Shown in pieces: positions 52,629 to 63,791 of a DNA stretch of 64,000 nt. Positions within the stretch are counted from its first letter, which is position 1. The number at the start of each line of letters is the position of its first letter. The DNA is taken from contig NC_085842.1 of NCBI RefSeq assembly GCF_035594765.1, forward strand, positions 169,149,036-169,213,035, written 5' to 3'. The stretch is from Anolis carolinensis. Its lineage: Eukaryota. Both the position numbers and the translations under genes were made by a program. Below the pieces are notes generated by a model, which saw only the letters and a program-made list of their open reading frames with translations, was not told where the DNA came from and ran no database searches.

Positions 52629-52860
52629 TTTTTTTACTACCATCTATGTGTTTTAAATGCAATTTTTTTATCCTTGTATTGTTGTTTCAATTTAATTGAT
52701 TGGCTTTAACTGTTATAACACACTTGTTTCATATTGTATTAGTATTTGTTTATATATATTGTGATTTGTATTATGTTGCTGTTTATTTTGTCCTTATGTT
52801 GTCTGCCCCATGTAAGCCGTCCTGAGTCCTTGCGGGGAGATGGTGGCGGGGTATAAATAG

Positions 52861-52909
<49 letters not shown>

Positions 52910-53233
52910 AAAATTAAACATTCCACAATTCTCGAGGGTATCATTTAACTACTTCATTGTCGCTATCACTCCCCGAATGCTTGCTTGAATAGCCAAGTTT
53001 TGAGTTGTTTTCTAAACACCAGGAGAGATGGGACTGATCTAATTTCGCATCAGGCGGGGCACATAAAATGACACGGTGAGCTGGATGTGGGCCTGTGAGC
53101 CTTGGGTTTGACACATGTGTATTAAGACATTATTTGCAGTGCTTGCCTCCTTAGATGTGTTATCTTTCTCTACAAACCCTGGACAAGCACTAAAGAGAAC
53201 GTTTAATGATTGCCACTGAAACTATTTAGTGAA

Positions 53234-53275
53234 CCAAGCTTTTTTGTGAAAAGGTGTGTGGCTCTGAAAAGAGCC
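53234..53275 (-). terminator. H2B histone stem-loop (GGCTCTTTTCAGAGCC) plus variant HDE (AAAAAAGCTTGG)
   Basis: Perfect stem-loop at 53260-53275. Confidence 0.95.
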
Positions 53276-53305
53276 TTTGAGATCCCTGGAAGGAGAGCAG
53301 CTTCT

Positions 53306-53701
<396 letters not shown>

Positions 53702-53819
53702 TCAACAACTCAAACAACACAAGGCAAATGCTTCTCCTTTGACTCCTCACAGATGCCTCTCCTCTGACTTCACACAGCAACCTAGGTCGAAGGAAAGAAA
53801 GCAAGCTCCTCCTCTGTGT

Positions 53820-54080
53820 CTCCTCTATTTAAAGCCTGTCTATGCAAATGAAGGTAGCAAAGCAGCACTCTTTCATTGGCTGGCGTGGTTTGCCGAGGCG
53901 CGCGCACATGCAAATCCTAGGCCTGTGGCATTCCCAGTTCCAATTGGAAGAAAGCTGCTTCCTCTTTCCTCATTGGTCAGGGTGACAAATTCTAGCTGTC
54001 ATTGGCTCAGAACGCCTGGCGTTCGGAGCAGCCAATCAGCAGCGCCAATCCCGAGCATCAGGAGGACATAAAAGGCCCCC
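53820..54080. promoter_or_regulatory. Divergent H2B/H2A promoter
   Basis: H2B TATA at 53826-53833; octamers ATGCAAAT at 53842-53849 and 53908-53915; about six CCAAT/ATTGG boxes; H2A TATA-like CATAAAA at about 54068. Confidence 0.9.
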
Positions 54081-54124
54081 GCTTGGCTCTTTAGTAATCG
54101 GTGCCGCTTTGCTTGTCTAGTTGA

Positions 54125-54535
<411 letters not shown>

Positions 54536-54592
54536 GGTGAAGCCTTGATCCCCGATTAAATAAAAATCCCCTCGCTGAACGTTGAACCCAAA

Positions 54593-54633
54593 GGCTCTTT
54601 TCAGAGCCACCCACACTTTCAAAGAAAGAGCTG
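54593..54633 (+). terminator. H2A histone stem-loop (GGCTCTTTTCAGAGCC-ACCCA) plus HDE (AAAGAGCTG)
   Basis: Perfect consensus at 54593-54608; HDE at about 54625-54633. Confidence 0.97.
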
Positions 54634-54829
54634 GATCTATCCAAGAGGCGTTAGTCCAATATATACTTTCTGGCGCACAAATATTGCTGGATTCCCAACG
54701 TAACTTTTCTAGAAAAGGTTATAGCTGTCTTAAAGAAATCCAGTCTTGTAATACTAGGTTTGCTAACAGGAAGTGTTTCTCCTTGGCTTCCTCAACAAAC
54801 AGGGAAGTTTGATTTAATCCTGAAGAATT

Positions 54830-54957
54830 AAACCCCACTTGCCTAGTTTCCAACAGACCTCACAACCTCTGAGGATGCCTGCCATAGATGTAGGCGAAAC
54901 GTCAGGAGAGCATGCTTCTGGAACATGGCCAGACAGAGGGAAAACTCACACCAACCC
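54830..54957 (+). mobile_element. Penelope-like terminal fragment
   Basis: Family match. Confidence 0.75.
54866..54906 (+). ncRNA. Minimal type I hammerhead ribozyme motif (Penelope-derived)
   Basis: CCT-CTGAGGA-T-GCCTGC-CATAGAT-GTAGGC-GAAAC-GTC-AGG: intact core, 6-bp stem II, palindromic ACGT stem III. Confidence 0.7.
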
Positions 54958-55738
54958 TAAAAGGTTTTTGGGAGCCCTGAAAAGCACCCAATTCTCAGCC
55001 ATTACACTGCCAGAAAAGAATCCGATTGAGCCAATCATTGTCTGGCGCGGGCTATTCGGCCAACTCCCGCCCACTCAGCCTCCTCCTCTGAAAAGCTCCA
55101 ATGAAAGACGTGGCTTCCTTCTCGCTCTGTGATGTCCCAGCCCATAATATTATGCACCATAGAATGATTGCAATTTCACTTCCAACGCTCAGTGCTATCG
55201 AATCCTGGGAGCTGTAGTTTGCTGGGGCAAGCAGTAGGAGATAATGCCTCTGGAACATGGCCATACAGCCTGGAAACCTCACCGCAACCCAACCTAAAAA
55301 CCTAAAGACCTCGTGAAACTACAACTCCCTTGTTTCCATAGTATCGAACCATGGTAGTTCAAAGCTGTCAGATTCCATCCATTGTATAGTGTAGATCAGT
55401 GGTTCTCAACCTGTGAGTCCCCAGGTGTTTTGGCTACAACTCCCAGAAATCCCAGCCATTTTACCAGCTGTTAGGATTTCTGGGAGTTAAAGGCCAAAAT
55501 ATCTGGGGACCTACAGATTGAGAACCACTGGAGTAGATGCACCCTCGGTTACTGTAAACCTTTTCTAGCGATCAGAATGAAAACAGAAACAACCTCTACA
55601 GTCCTGAGGAGTTTTGAGTGGCACTTCTCTTCCCCTCCACCCTTTAATTCCTTCCAATCACTGAAAGTTGGCAAATCATTTCAGTTTTCCAGCCTTTGAA
55701 TAATGTCACTTTCTTTGACCAAAACAATGTCTCTATTG

Positions 55739-55958
55739 TGCTGTCGAAGGCTTTCATGGCCAGAACCACTGGGTTGCTGTGAGTTTTCCAGGCTGTATGG
55801 CCATGTTCCAGAAGCATTCCCTCCTGACTTCACAACTTCTGAGGATGCCTGCCATAGATGTCAGCAAAACGTCAGGAGAGAATGCTTCTGGAACATGGCG
55901 ATACAGCCCGGAAATTCCAAGCAACCCAATGATTCCAGCCATGAAAGCCTTCAACAAC
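55739..55958. mobile_element. Palindromic Penelope-derived element
   Basis: TGTCGAAGGCTTTCATGG / CCATGAAAGCCTTCAACA inverted ends. Confidence 0.75.
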
Positions 55959-56339
55959 ACAAAGTTTCCATTCCTAATAAAGCTATCATTTCACCAATCA
56001 GAAAAAGAAGTGTTGCTAATGTAAGGGGCACAAATAATTCCTGTTTCTGACTGCTGGAAAAGCAGTCAGATTTCTTATTTTATCCTTTCTGTTTTTTCCC
56101 CTTTTCCATTTTCTATGTTTCTTTTAAAGGAATGTTATAATGTATAAAAAAAAGGTTTTCTGTAGAACAACCATCTGAGGATTAACCACCAAGGCTGTCT
56201 CAGAACCAGGTGTGTGTTGTTTTGTTTGCCAGTGGCAAGTACATAGATATGTTACAGCAACCTCATGGATTTCATAGTGTTTTCTTAGACAAGGATTACT
56301 CAGAGCTGGCTTTACTGGTCTCTTCCCTTGATATAAAGC

Positions 56340-56415
56340 ACTACAGCACCAGATTTTCCTTGGTGGTCTCCCATCCAAATATTAACCAGGTCTGACTCAG
56401 CTTAGCTTCCAAAAT
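56340..56415 (-). repeat. 5S rRNA-derived repeat head
   Basis: Minus strand GGAAGCTAAGC...CCTGGTTAATATTTGGATGGGAGACC matches 5S boxes A/C. Confidence 0.65.
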
Positions 56416-56544
56416 AAGCTGGGTCTGACCTGGGATTTTCAGGGAATTATTTCACTCCACATTTCCTACATTCTGATCCAAAGAGGGAAAACAAATTATC
56501 AAATTAATTCCTGGCCTCACAACTGCTCACAAAAAGACATATAT

Positions 56545-56893
56545 AATGGATTGCTGTGAGTATTCTGGGCTGTATAGTCATGTTCCAGAAGCATTTTCTC
56601 CTGATGTTTTGCCCACACTATGGTAGGTATACTCAGAGGTTGTGAGGTCTGTTGGAAACTAGGCAAGAGGGAATATCCAGACTTTTGTCTGTTGGAGGCA
56701 AGTGTGAATGTTGCAATTAATCACCTTGATTAGCACCGAATAGCCTCGCAGCTTCAAAGCTTGGCTGATTCCTGCATGGGGGAATCTTTTTGTGTTGAGA
56801 GGTGTTAGCTGGCCCTGATTGTTTCATGTCTGGAATTCCCGTTTTCAGAGTGTTCTTTATTTACTGTCCTGATTTTAGAGTTTTTAATACTGT
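56545..56893 (-). mobile_element. Penelope-like fragment
   Basis: Family match. Confidence 0.7.
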
Positions 56894-56904
56894 ATTTTAT
56901 AGGT

Positions 56905-57038
56905 CAGGCATGGGCAAACTTCGGCCCGCCAGGTGTTTTGGACTTCAACTCCCATAATTCCTAACAGCCTACCGACTGTTAGGAATTATGGGAGTTGAAG
57001 TCCAAAACACCTGGAGGGCCGAAGTTTGCCCATGCCTG
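56905..57038. mobile_element. Palindromic hAT-type MITE
   Basis: CAGGCATGGGCAAACTT TIRs; near-perfect hairpin. Confidence 0.8.
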
Positions 57039-57151
57039 ACCTATTGATGCATTCCAAAGTTGCAGTGAGAGGAATGGTACTGACTGAAACCATTTTGAGC
57101 GCAGCGGATCAAAAGGAGTCAACCCGCGTTCATATTACAGCGTAGATAGAT

Positions 57152-57538
57152 AGGTAAAGGTAAAGATTTTCCTCTGACGTTAAGTCCAGTCATGTCTGAC
57201 TCTGGGGGTTGGTGCTCATTTCCATTTCTAAGCCGAAGAGCCGGTGTTGTCCGTAGACAGCTCCAAGGTCATGTGGCTGGCATGACTGCATGGAGCGCCG
57301 TTACCTTCCTGCCGGTGCAGTACCTATTCATCTACTCACATTGGCATGTTTTCGAACTGCTAGGTTGTTGGAGCGGTACCTATTGATCTACTCACATTGG
57401 CATGTTTTCGAACTGCTAGGTTGACAGAAGCTGGAGCTAACACCGGGTGCTCACTCCGCTCCTGGGGTTTGAACCTGGGACCTTTCGATCTGCAAGTTCA
57501 GCAGCTCAGTGCTTTAACATACTTCGCCACCGGAGCTC
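57152..57538 (-). mobile_element. Sauria SINE with an internal tandem duplication of about 48 bp
   Basis: Family match; 57320-57366 repeated at 57376-57423. Confidence 0.88.
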
Positions 57539-57674
57539 CACAGCGTAGATAGACATACACCTTAAAATTAACAAGGAGACCGGGTTTGGCAAGAGTTTGA
57601 ATTTCCCGACATTCCTAAGGTGGGATTTCAGAAGCGAGAGAGGAGAGAGGTGCGAGGGTTTGTGAAGATTCTGC

Positions 57675-57760
57675 TCGTCCAATCCCTTCACAGCGCGGGA
57701 AGTTCAAAGAGGCGACTTCGGCCAATCAGAAGAGGGCAGTTTCTCTATAAATACCCGGTC
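57675..57760 (+). promoter_or_regulatory. H3 promoter
   Basis: CCAAT near 57679 and 57722; TATAAATA at 57746-57753. Confidence 0.85.
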
Positions 57761-57808
57761 TCTGCACGCGCTGCTCCAGAAGCCTGTTTGGAGAGTGAGG
57801 TAAGGTAG

Positions 57809-58225
<417 letters not shown>

Positions 58226-58272
58226 GGGAGGGAGAGAGAGAGGAAAGCAAGCCAAGGACCCGCAACCACAAA

Positions 58273-58313
58273 GGCTCTTTTCAGGGCCACTCACAAGACC
58301 CAAAAGGGAGCTG
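58273..58313 (+). terminator. H3 histone stem-loop (GGCTCTTTTCAGGGCC, one G-U pair) plus HDE (AAAAGGGAGCTG)
   Basis: Stem-loop at 58273-58288. Confidence 0.93.
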
Positions 58314-58387
58314 GCTTTACTCTTCTGTTGCCTCCATTTGGAACTTTTGTTGGCCCACCAATGTTTCATAAAGGATTTTCAGATATA

Positions 58388-58800
58388 GTTGTTGCATGTG
58401 TTTTCCAGGCTGTATGGCCATGTTCCAGAAGCATTCTCTCCTGACGTTTTGCCCACATCTATGGCATGCATCCTCAGAGGTGAGTATGTTGGAAAAAACT
58501 AAGCAAGGAAGGTTTATATATCTGTGAAAGGTCCAGAGTGGGAGAAGGAACTCTTGTCTGTTGGAGGCCAGTGTGAATATTAATCACCTTGATTGGCATT
58601 AATTGCCTTGTCAGTATTAAATCTGGCTGCCAGTATCAAAAATACTCTAAAATCAGAACAGTAAATAAGGAACAACACTCTCAAAACAGGAATTCCAGAC
58701 ATGAATCAATCAGGGGCAGCTAATACCTCTGAACAATTATTCCCCAGGCAGGACATGAATCTGGTAAGGCCATTAATGCTATTCAAAGTGATCAATTACC
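58388..58800. mobile_element. Penelope-like fragments, both orientations
   Basis: Family match. Confidence 0.7.
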
Positions 58801-58856
58801 TTTAGTTAGCAAGTTCCGCAGCTCAGTGGTTTAATCTGCTGCACCATCAGGGGCTT

Positions 58857-59182
58857 AAGGTAAAGGTTTCTCCTGACGTTAAGTCCTGTTGTGTCCAACT
58901 CTGGGGGTTGGTGCTCATCTCCATTTCTAAGCCGAAGAGCTAGAGTTGTCCATAGACACCTCCAAGCTCATGTGGCCGGCATGACTGCATGGAGCGCAGT
59001 TACCTTCCTGCCGGAGCGGTACGTATTCATCTACTCACATTTGCATGTTTTTGAACTGCTAGGTTGGCAGAAGCTGGAGCTAACAGTGGGCGCTCACTCT
59101 GCTCCCCGGATTTGTAGTTGTGACCTTTCGGTCCGCAAGTTCAGCAACTCAGCGCTTTAACACTATGCCATCGGGGGCTCCA
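58857..59182 (-). mobile_element. Sauria SINE
   Basis: Family match. Confidence 0.88.
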
Positions 59183-59478
59183 AAGTAAGTCTGTGTTTAT
59201 TTAATATCTAAGAAAGAAATCCAGCAAGTACAAAAATAACTATGACTCTCCCCCAGTTGTTTTGCCCATCTTCAAATGCAGTCTCCATCAATACTTTAAA
59301 AACTTTGCTTAGAAACATTAGCTGAAGATAGTTGAAGCAGAGCAAGAAAGGGTGCAGCGGGTCTTTACCACTTCACTGTTAATCTCAGAAGACATTTCTT
59401 GAAAAAAGGAAATATTCATTTTGAATCAATCTTTGGTTTTTTCCTTCTAGTACAAAACATTCTGATAACATTCAAAGA

Positions 59479-59700
59479 GTGTTGTCGAAGGCTTTCATGG
59501 CCAAGATCAGTGGATTGCTGTGAGTTTTCAGGGGTGTATGGCTATGTTCCAGAAGCATTCTCTCTTGACGTTTCGCCCACATCTATGGCAGGCATCCTCA
59601 CAACCTCTGAGGATGCCTGTCATAGATGTGGGTGAAACATCAGGAGAGAATGCTTCTGGAACAATTCCATACAGGCCTGAAAACTCACATCAACCCAACA
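59479..59700. mobile_element. Palindromic Penelope-derived element with back-to-back hammerhead-like motifs
   Basis: Inverted terminal repeat copies joined at about 59600. Confidence 0.75.
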
Positions 59701-60271
59701 TTCAAAGAAGATGCATCTTTGTTCCTGCAAAGATGTTTGTGAGAATGTTCACATTTGTGCCAAGGCGTGCAGCGTTTCCTCTAAGTTTTCTTGATACAAT
59801 TCTGCGTGAAACAGGCCCAAGATACAGATGCAGATTGTCTGGTCAGCAGCTCGACAGATTCCTAAATATTAAAGAAAGTGTTATTAAAATGCCATTCTAT
59901 TCATCATTAAAACACCATGATCTCTTAAGATTTCTCTAGATATGTTCACAAACCTGGACCTTTGTGGATGCTAGCTTCTGCAAGGCAATAGCACATGGTC
60001 CCTGGACCATCACCAAAGTTTGTCCCAGCTTCCTACAAATCAAGAACACAGATTATTATTTTTGTGTTTAATTTTGAACTAGGTTATAGTGTTCTCTGCT
60101 GTGAAGGACAGTCCAACATGGGTTGCCTCTACACTGCTAGAGCTGAAAGTTTGCCTGCAGTAAGTTTACCCACATTTCATGGAAGGAGGCCTATTAGCAA
60201 CAGAACAAGTTGAGTGTATTTTTTTTGTATCCTAGCCTTCTTAATTATTGTTTAAACTGAATAAAGCCTAT

Positions 60272-61140
60272 GTGTTGTCGAAAGCTTTCATGGCAGAAAT
60301 CACTGGGTTGCTGTGAGTTTTCCAGGCTGTATGACCATGTTCTAGAAGCATTTTCTCCTGATGTTTTGCCCACATTTATGACAGGCACACTCAGAGGTTG
60401 TGAGATCCGTTGGAAACTAGTCAAGTGATGTTTAGATATCTGTGGAGGGTCCAAAGTGGGAGAAAGAACTCTTGTCTGTTGGAGACAAGTGTGAATGTTT
60501 CAATTAATCACATTGATTAGCATTGAAAATCCTTGGACCTTCAAAGCATGGCTACTTCCTGCCTGGGGAAATCCTTTGTTGGGAGGTATTAGCTGGTCTT
60601 GATTGTTTCCTGTCTGGAATTCCCGTCTTCTGAGTGTTGTTCTTTATTTACTGTCCTGATTTTAGAGGGTTTTTTTTTTAAATACTGGTAGTTAGATTTT
60701 GTACATTTTCATGGTTTCCTCCTTTCTGCTGAAATTGCCCACATGCTTGTGAATTTCAATGGCTTCTCTGTGTAGTCTGACATGGTGTTGTTAAAGTGGT
60801 CCAATCATTTCTGTTTTCTCAAATAATATGCTCCTAACACCTAGCTAACACTTCCCAACAAAGGATTCCACCAACCAGGAAGCAGCCAGACTTTGAAGCG
60901 GAAAGGGCATTAAATGCTAATCAAGGTAGCCAATGGTAACATTCGCATTTGCCTCCAACAGACAAAAATTATTTCTCCCACACTGGACATTATTCCACAG
61001 ATATATGAACCTCCCTTGCCTAGTTCGCAACAGACCTCACAACCTCTGAAGATGCCTGCCATAGATGTGGGTGAAACATCAGAAGAGCATGCTTCTGGAA
61101 CATGGCTATACAGCCTAAAAAACTCACAGCAACCCAGTGA
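60272..61140. mobile_element. Penelope-like element with inverted halves and a GIY-YIG remnant on -
   Basis: Minus strand encodes a [11 protein letters not shown]-like remnant; terminal repeats inverted. Confidence 0.75.
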
Positions 61141-61885
61141 ATAAAACTTTCTTGCAAATATATATGTCGATGGGAAGGATGCACCACAGTACTACAGATC
61201 ATACTTCCAAGAGTACATCTACACTGTAGAAGTAACACAGTTTGGTACCACTTATTATTTACTTCACTTGTATACTGCATGGGGGACTCAAAGCGGTTTC
61301 CAAACATATTATTGGCAAAATTCATTGCCTGCATAACAATAATAAAATACAACTACAGTAGAGTCTCACTTATCCAAGTTTCTGGATTATCCAAGCCATT
61401 TTTGTAGTCAACGTTTTCAATATATTGTTATATTTTGGTGCTAAATTCATAAATACAGTAATTACTACATAACATTACTGCGTATTGAACTTCTTTTTCT
61501 GTCAAATTTGTTATATAACATGTTTTGGTGCTTAATTTGTAAAATCATAACCTAATTTGATGTTTAATAGGCTTTTCCTTAATCCCTCCTTGTTATCCAA
61601 GATATTCGCTTATCCAAGCGTCTGCCGGCCCGTTTAGCTTGGATAAGTGAGACTCTACTGTATTGATTGAAATCATAAAAACACAATAATATCAACATAA
61701 AAACATATTAAACATTAAAATCATGAACTACCACGGCTCCAGGTGGTGGAATCCATGGGTGAGGCACTGGCACTCTTTGGCCTTGGAAAACTCCAGCTCT
61801 TAGGGTCCCATAGCCTTGCTCCATGGTAGTTCAAGTGGTATCAAACCGGTTCACTCTATAGTATAGATGCCGCCCTAGTACCCTA

Positions 61886-62269
61886 CTAACCTCTGGATTT
61901 GAAATTCTTATGCTTGGGCAAAATGGCAGCTTGGACGTTGGGCAGGACCCCTCCTTGGGCGATGGTGACTTTGCCCAGGACTTTGTTGATCTCCTGGTCG
62001 AGGCGGATGGCCACCATCAAGTGGCGGGGGGTGATGCGGTTCCTCTGGGCGTCCCGGGCTATGTTGCCGGCCAGCTCCAGGATCTCAGCCGTCAGATACT
62101 CCAGCACCGCGGCCAGGTAAACCGAGGCACCGGCTCCCACCCTTTTGGCGTAGTTCCCTTTCCGAAGGAAACGATGTATGCGGGCAACGGGGAAACGGAG
62201 CCCAGCCCGGGAGGAACGGGACTGGGAGGTGGCCCGGGCTTTGCCGCCCTGCTTCCCGTGCCCAGACAT
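61886..62269 (-). CDS. Divergent histone H2A (127 aa), candidate variant
   Basis: Intact ORF, colinear with the neighbouring H2A; 25 substitutions in residues 1-118 and a different C-terminal tail ([10 protein letters not shown]); a pseudogene is not excluded. Confidence 0.85.
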   Translation of the reverse strand: MSGHGKQGGKARATSQSRSSRAGLRFPVARIHRFLRKGNYAKRVGAGASVYLAAVLEYLTAEILELAGNIARDAQRNRITPRHLMVAIRLDQEINKVLGKVTIAQGGVLPNVQAAILPKHKNFKSRG

Positions 62270-62334
62270 GCCTTTCTGCTTTGGCTCTTCTTCCCCGCTG
62301 AGAAAAGCAAGCCAACTCTCGGCCCTGCAGCGGG

Positions 62335-62445
62335 CGCTTCTGATTGGTTGTGCATTCTGATGCTACCATGGGAACCAGAGAAACTTGAGACTGGCTGCCC
62401 AATCAGAGGAAGAGAGGCTGATTTCCTTCCCGGAAGTGTCAGAAG
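62335..62445 (-). promoter_or_regulatory. Promoter of the divergent H2A
   Basis: CCAAT on - at 62343-62347; X-box-like GTTCCCATGGTAGC at 62362-62375; CCAAT on + at 62399-62403; CCGGAAGTG / TTCCCGGAA at 62427-62438; no TATA box. Confidence 0.6.
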
Positions 62446-62979
62446 CACTTGGACCAGCTCCACAGCAAAAGTTCAGCACCGTTTTAAATGTGAGGTAGAG
62501 TCTCACTTATCCAACGTTCTGGATTATCCAACGTATTTTTGTAGTCAGTAATTTCAATACATCGTGATATTTTGGTGCTAAATTCGTAAATATAGTAATT
62601 ACTACATAGCATTACTGTGTATTGAACTACTTTTTCTGTCAAATTTGTTGTGTAACATAATGTTTTGGTGCTTAATTTGTAACATCATAACCTAATTTGA
62701 TGTTTAATAGGCTTCTCCTTAATCTCTCCTTATTATCCAACATATTCACTTATCCAACGTTCTGCCGGCCCGTTTACGTTGGATAAGCGAGACTCTACTG
62801 TATATTGGAAACTAAGCCAGGGAGGTTTATATATCTGTGAAAGGTCCAGGGTGGGAGAAAGGACTCTTGTCTGTTGGAGGCCGGTGTGAATGTTGTAATT
62901 AATCACCTTGATTAGCCTTAATGGCCTTGCCAGCTTCAATGTATGTATTTGTATGCATGTATTTATTGTTTAACACACT

Positions 62980-63590
62980 GAGCCCCCGGTGGCACAGTGT
63001 GTTAAAGTGCTGAGCTGCTGAACTTGCAGACCGAAAGATCCCAGGTTCAAATCCGGGCAGCGGAGTGAGCGCCCACTGTTAGCTCCAGCTTCTGCCAACC
63101 TAGCAGTTCGAAAACATGCAAATGTGAGTAGATCAATAGGTACCACTCCGGCAGGAAGGTAACAGCGTTCCATGCAGTCATGCTAGGAGCTCCTGGTGGA
63201 GTAGTGGGTTAAAGCCTTGTAACTTGAAGGTTGGGCTGCTGATCTGCAAGCTGCCAGGTTCGAATCCTACCCAGGGAGAGCGCGGATGAGCTCCCTCTAT
63301 CAGCTCCAGCTCCATGCGGGGACATGAGAGAAGTCTCCCACAAGGATGGTAAAACATCAAAATATCTGGGTGTCCCCTGGGCAACGTCCTTGCAGACAGC
63401 CAATTCTCTCACTCCAGAAGCAACTTGCAGTTTCTCAAGTCGCTCCTGACATGGAAAAAAAATGCAGTCATGCTGGCCACATGACCTTGGAGGTATCTAC
63501 AGACAACGCCAGCTCTTCGGCTTAGAAATGGAAATGAGTACCAACCCCCAGAGTTGGACACGACTGGATGTAACGTCAGGGGAAACTTTA
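62980..63590 (+). mobile_element. Sauria SINE with a nested SINE family B copy (63185-63461)
   Basis: 13-bp TSD ATGCAGTCATGCT at 63172-63184 and 63462-63474. Confidence 0.88.
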
Positions 63591-63791
63591 TTTATTGATC
63601 TCCCACTTTATCTCTCCATTCAGAAACTCAAAGTAGCTCACAATAAAAAAATTAGAACAATTTAAAATATACAAGCATGCAACAATAAAACAGTATATCA
63701 ACAACAGCAACAACAACTACAAAACTTTATTACTGCACGTGACCAGCACAAACAAAGTATATAATTATATATTATCTATTGTTGTTAGTAG

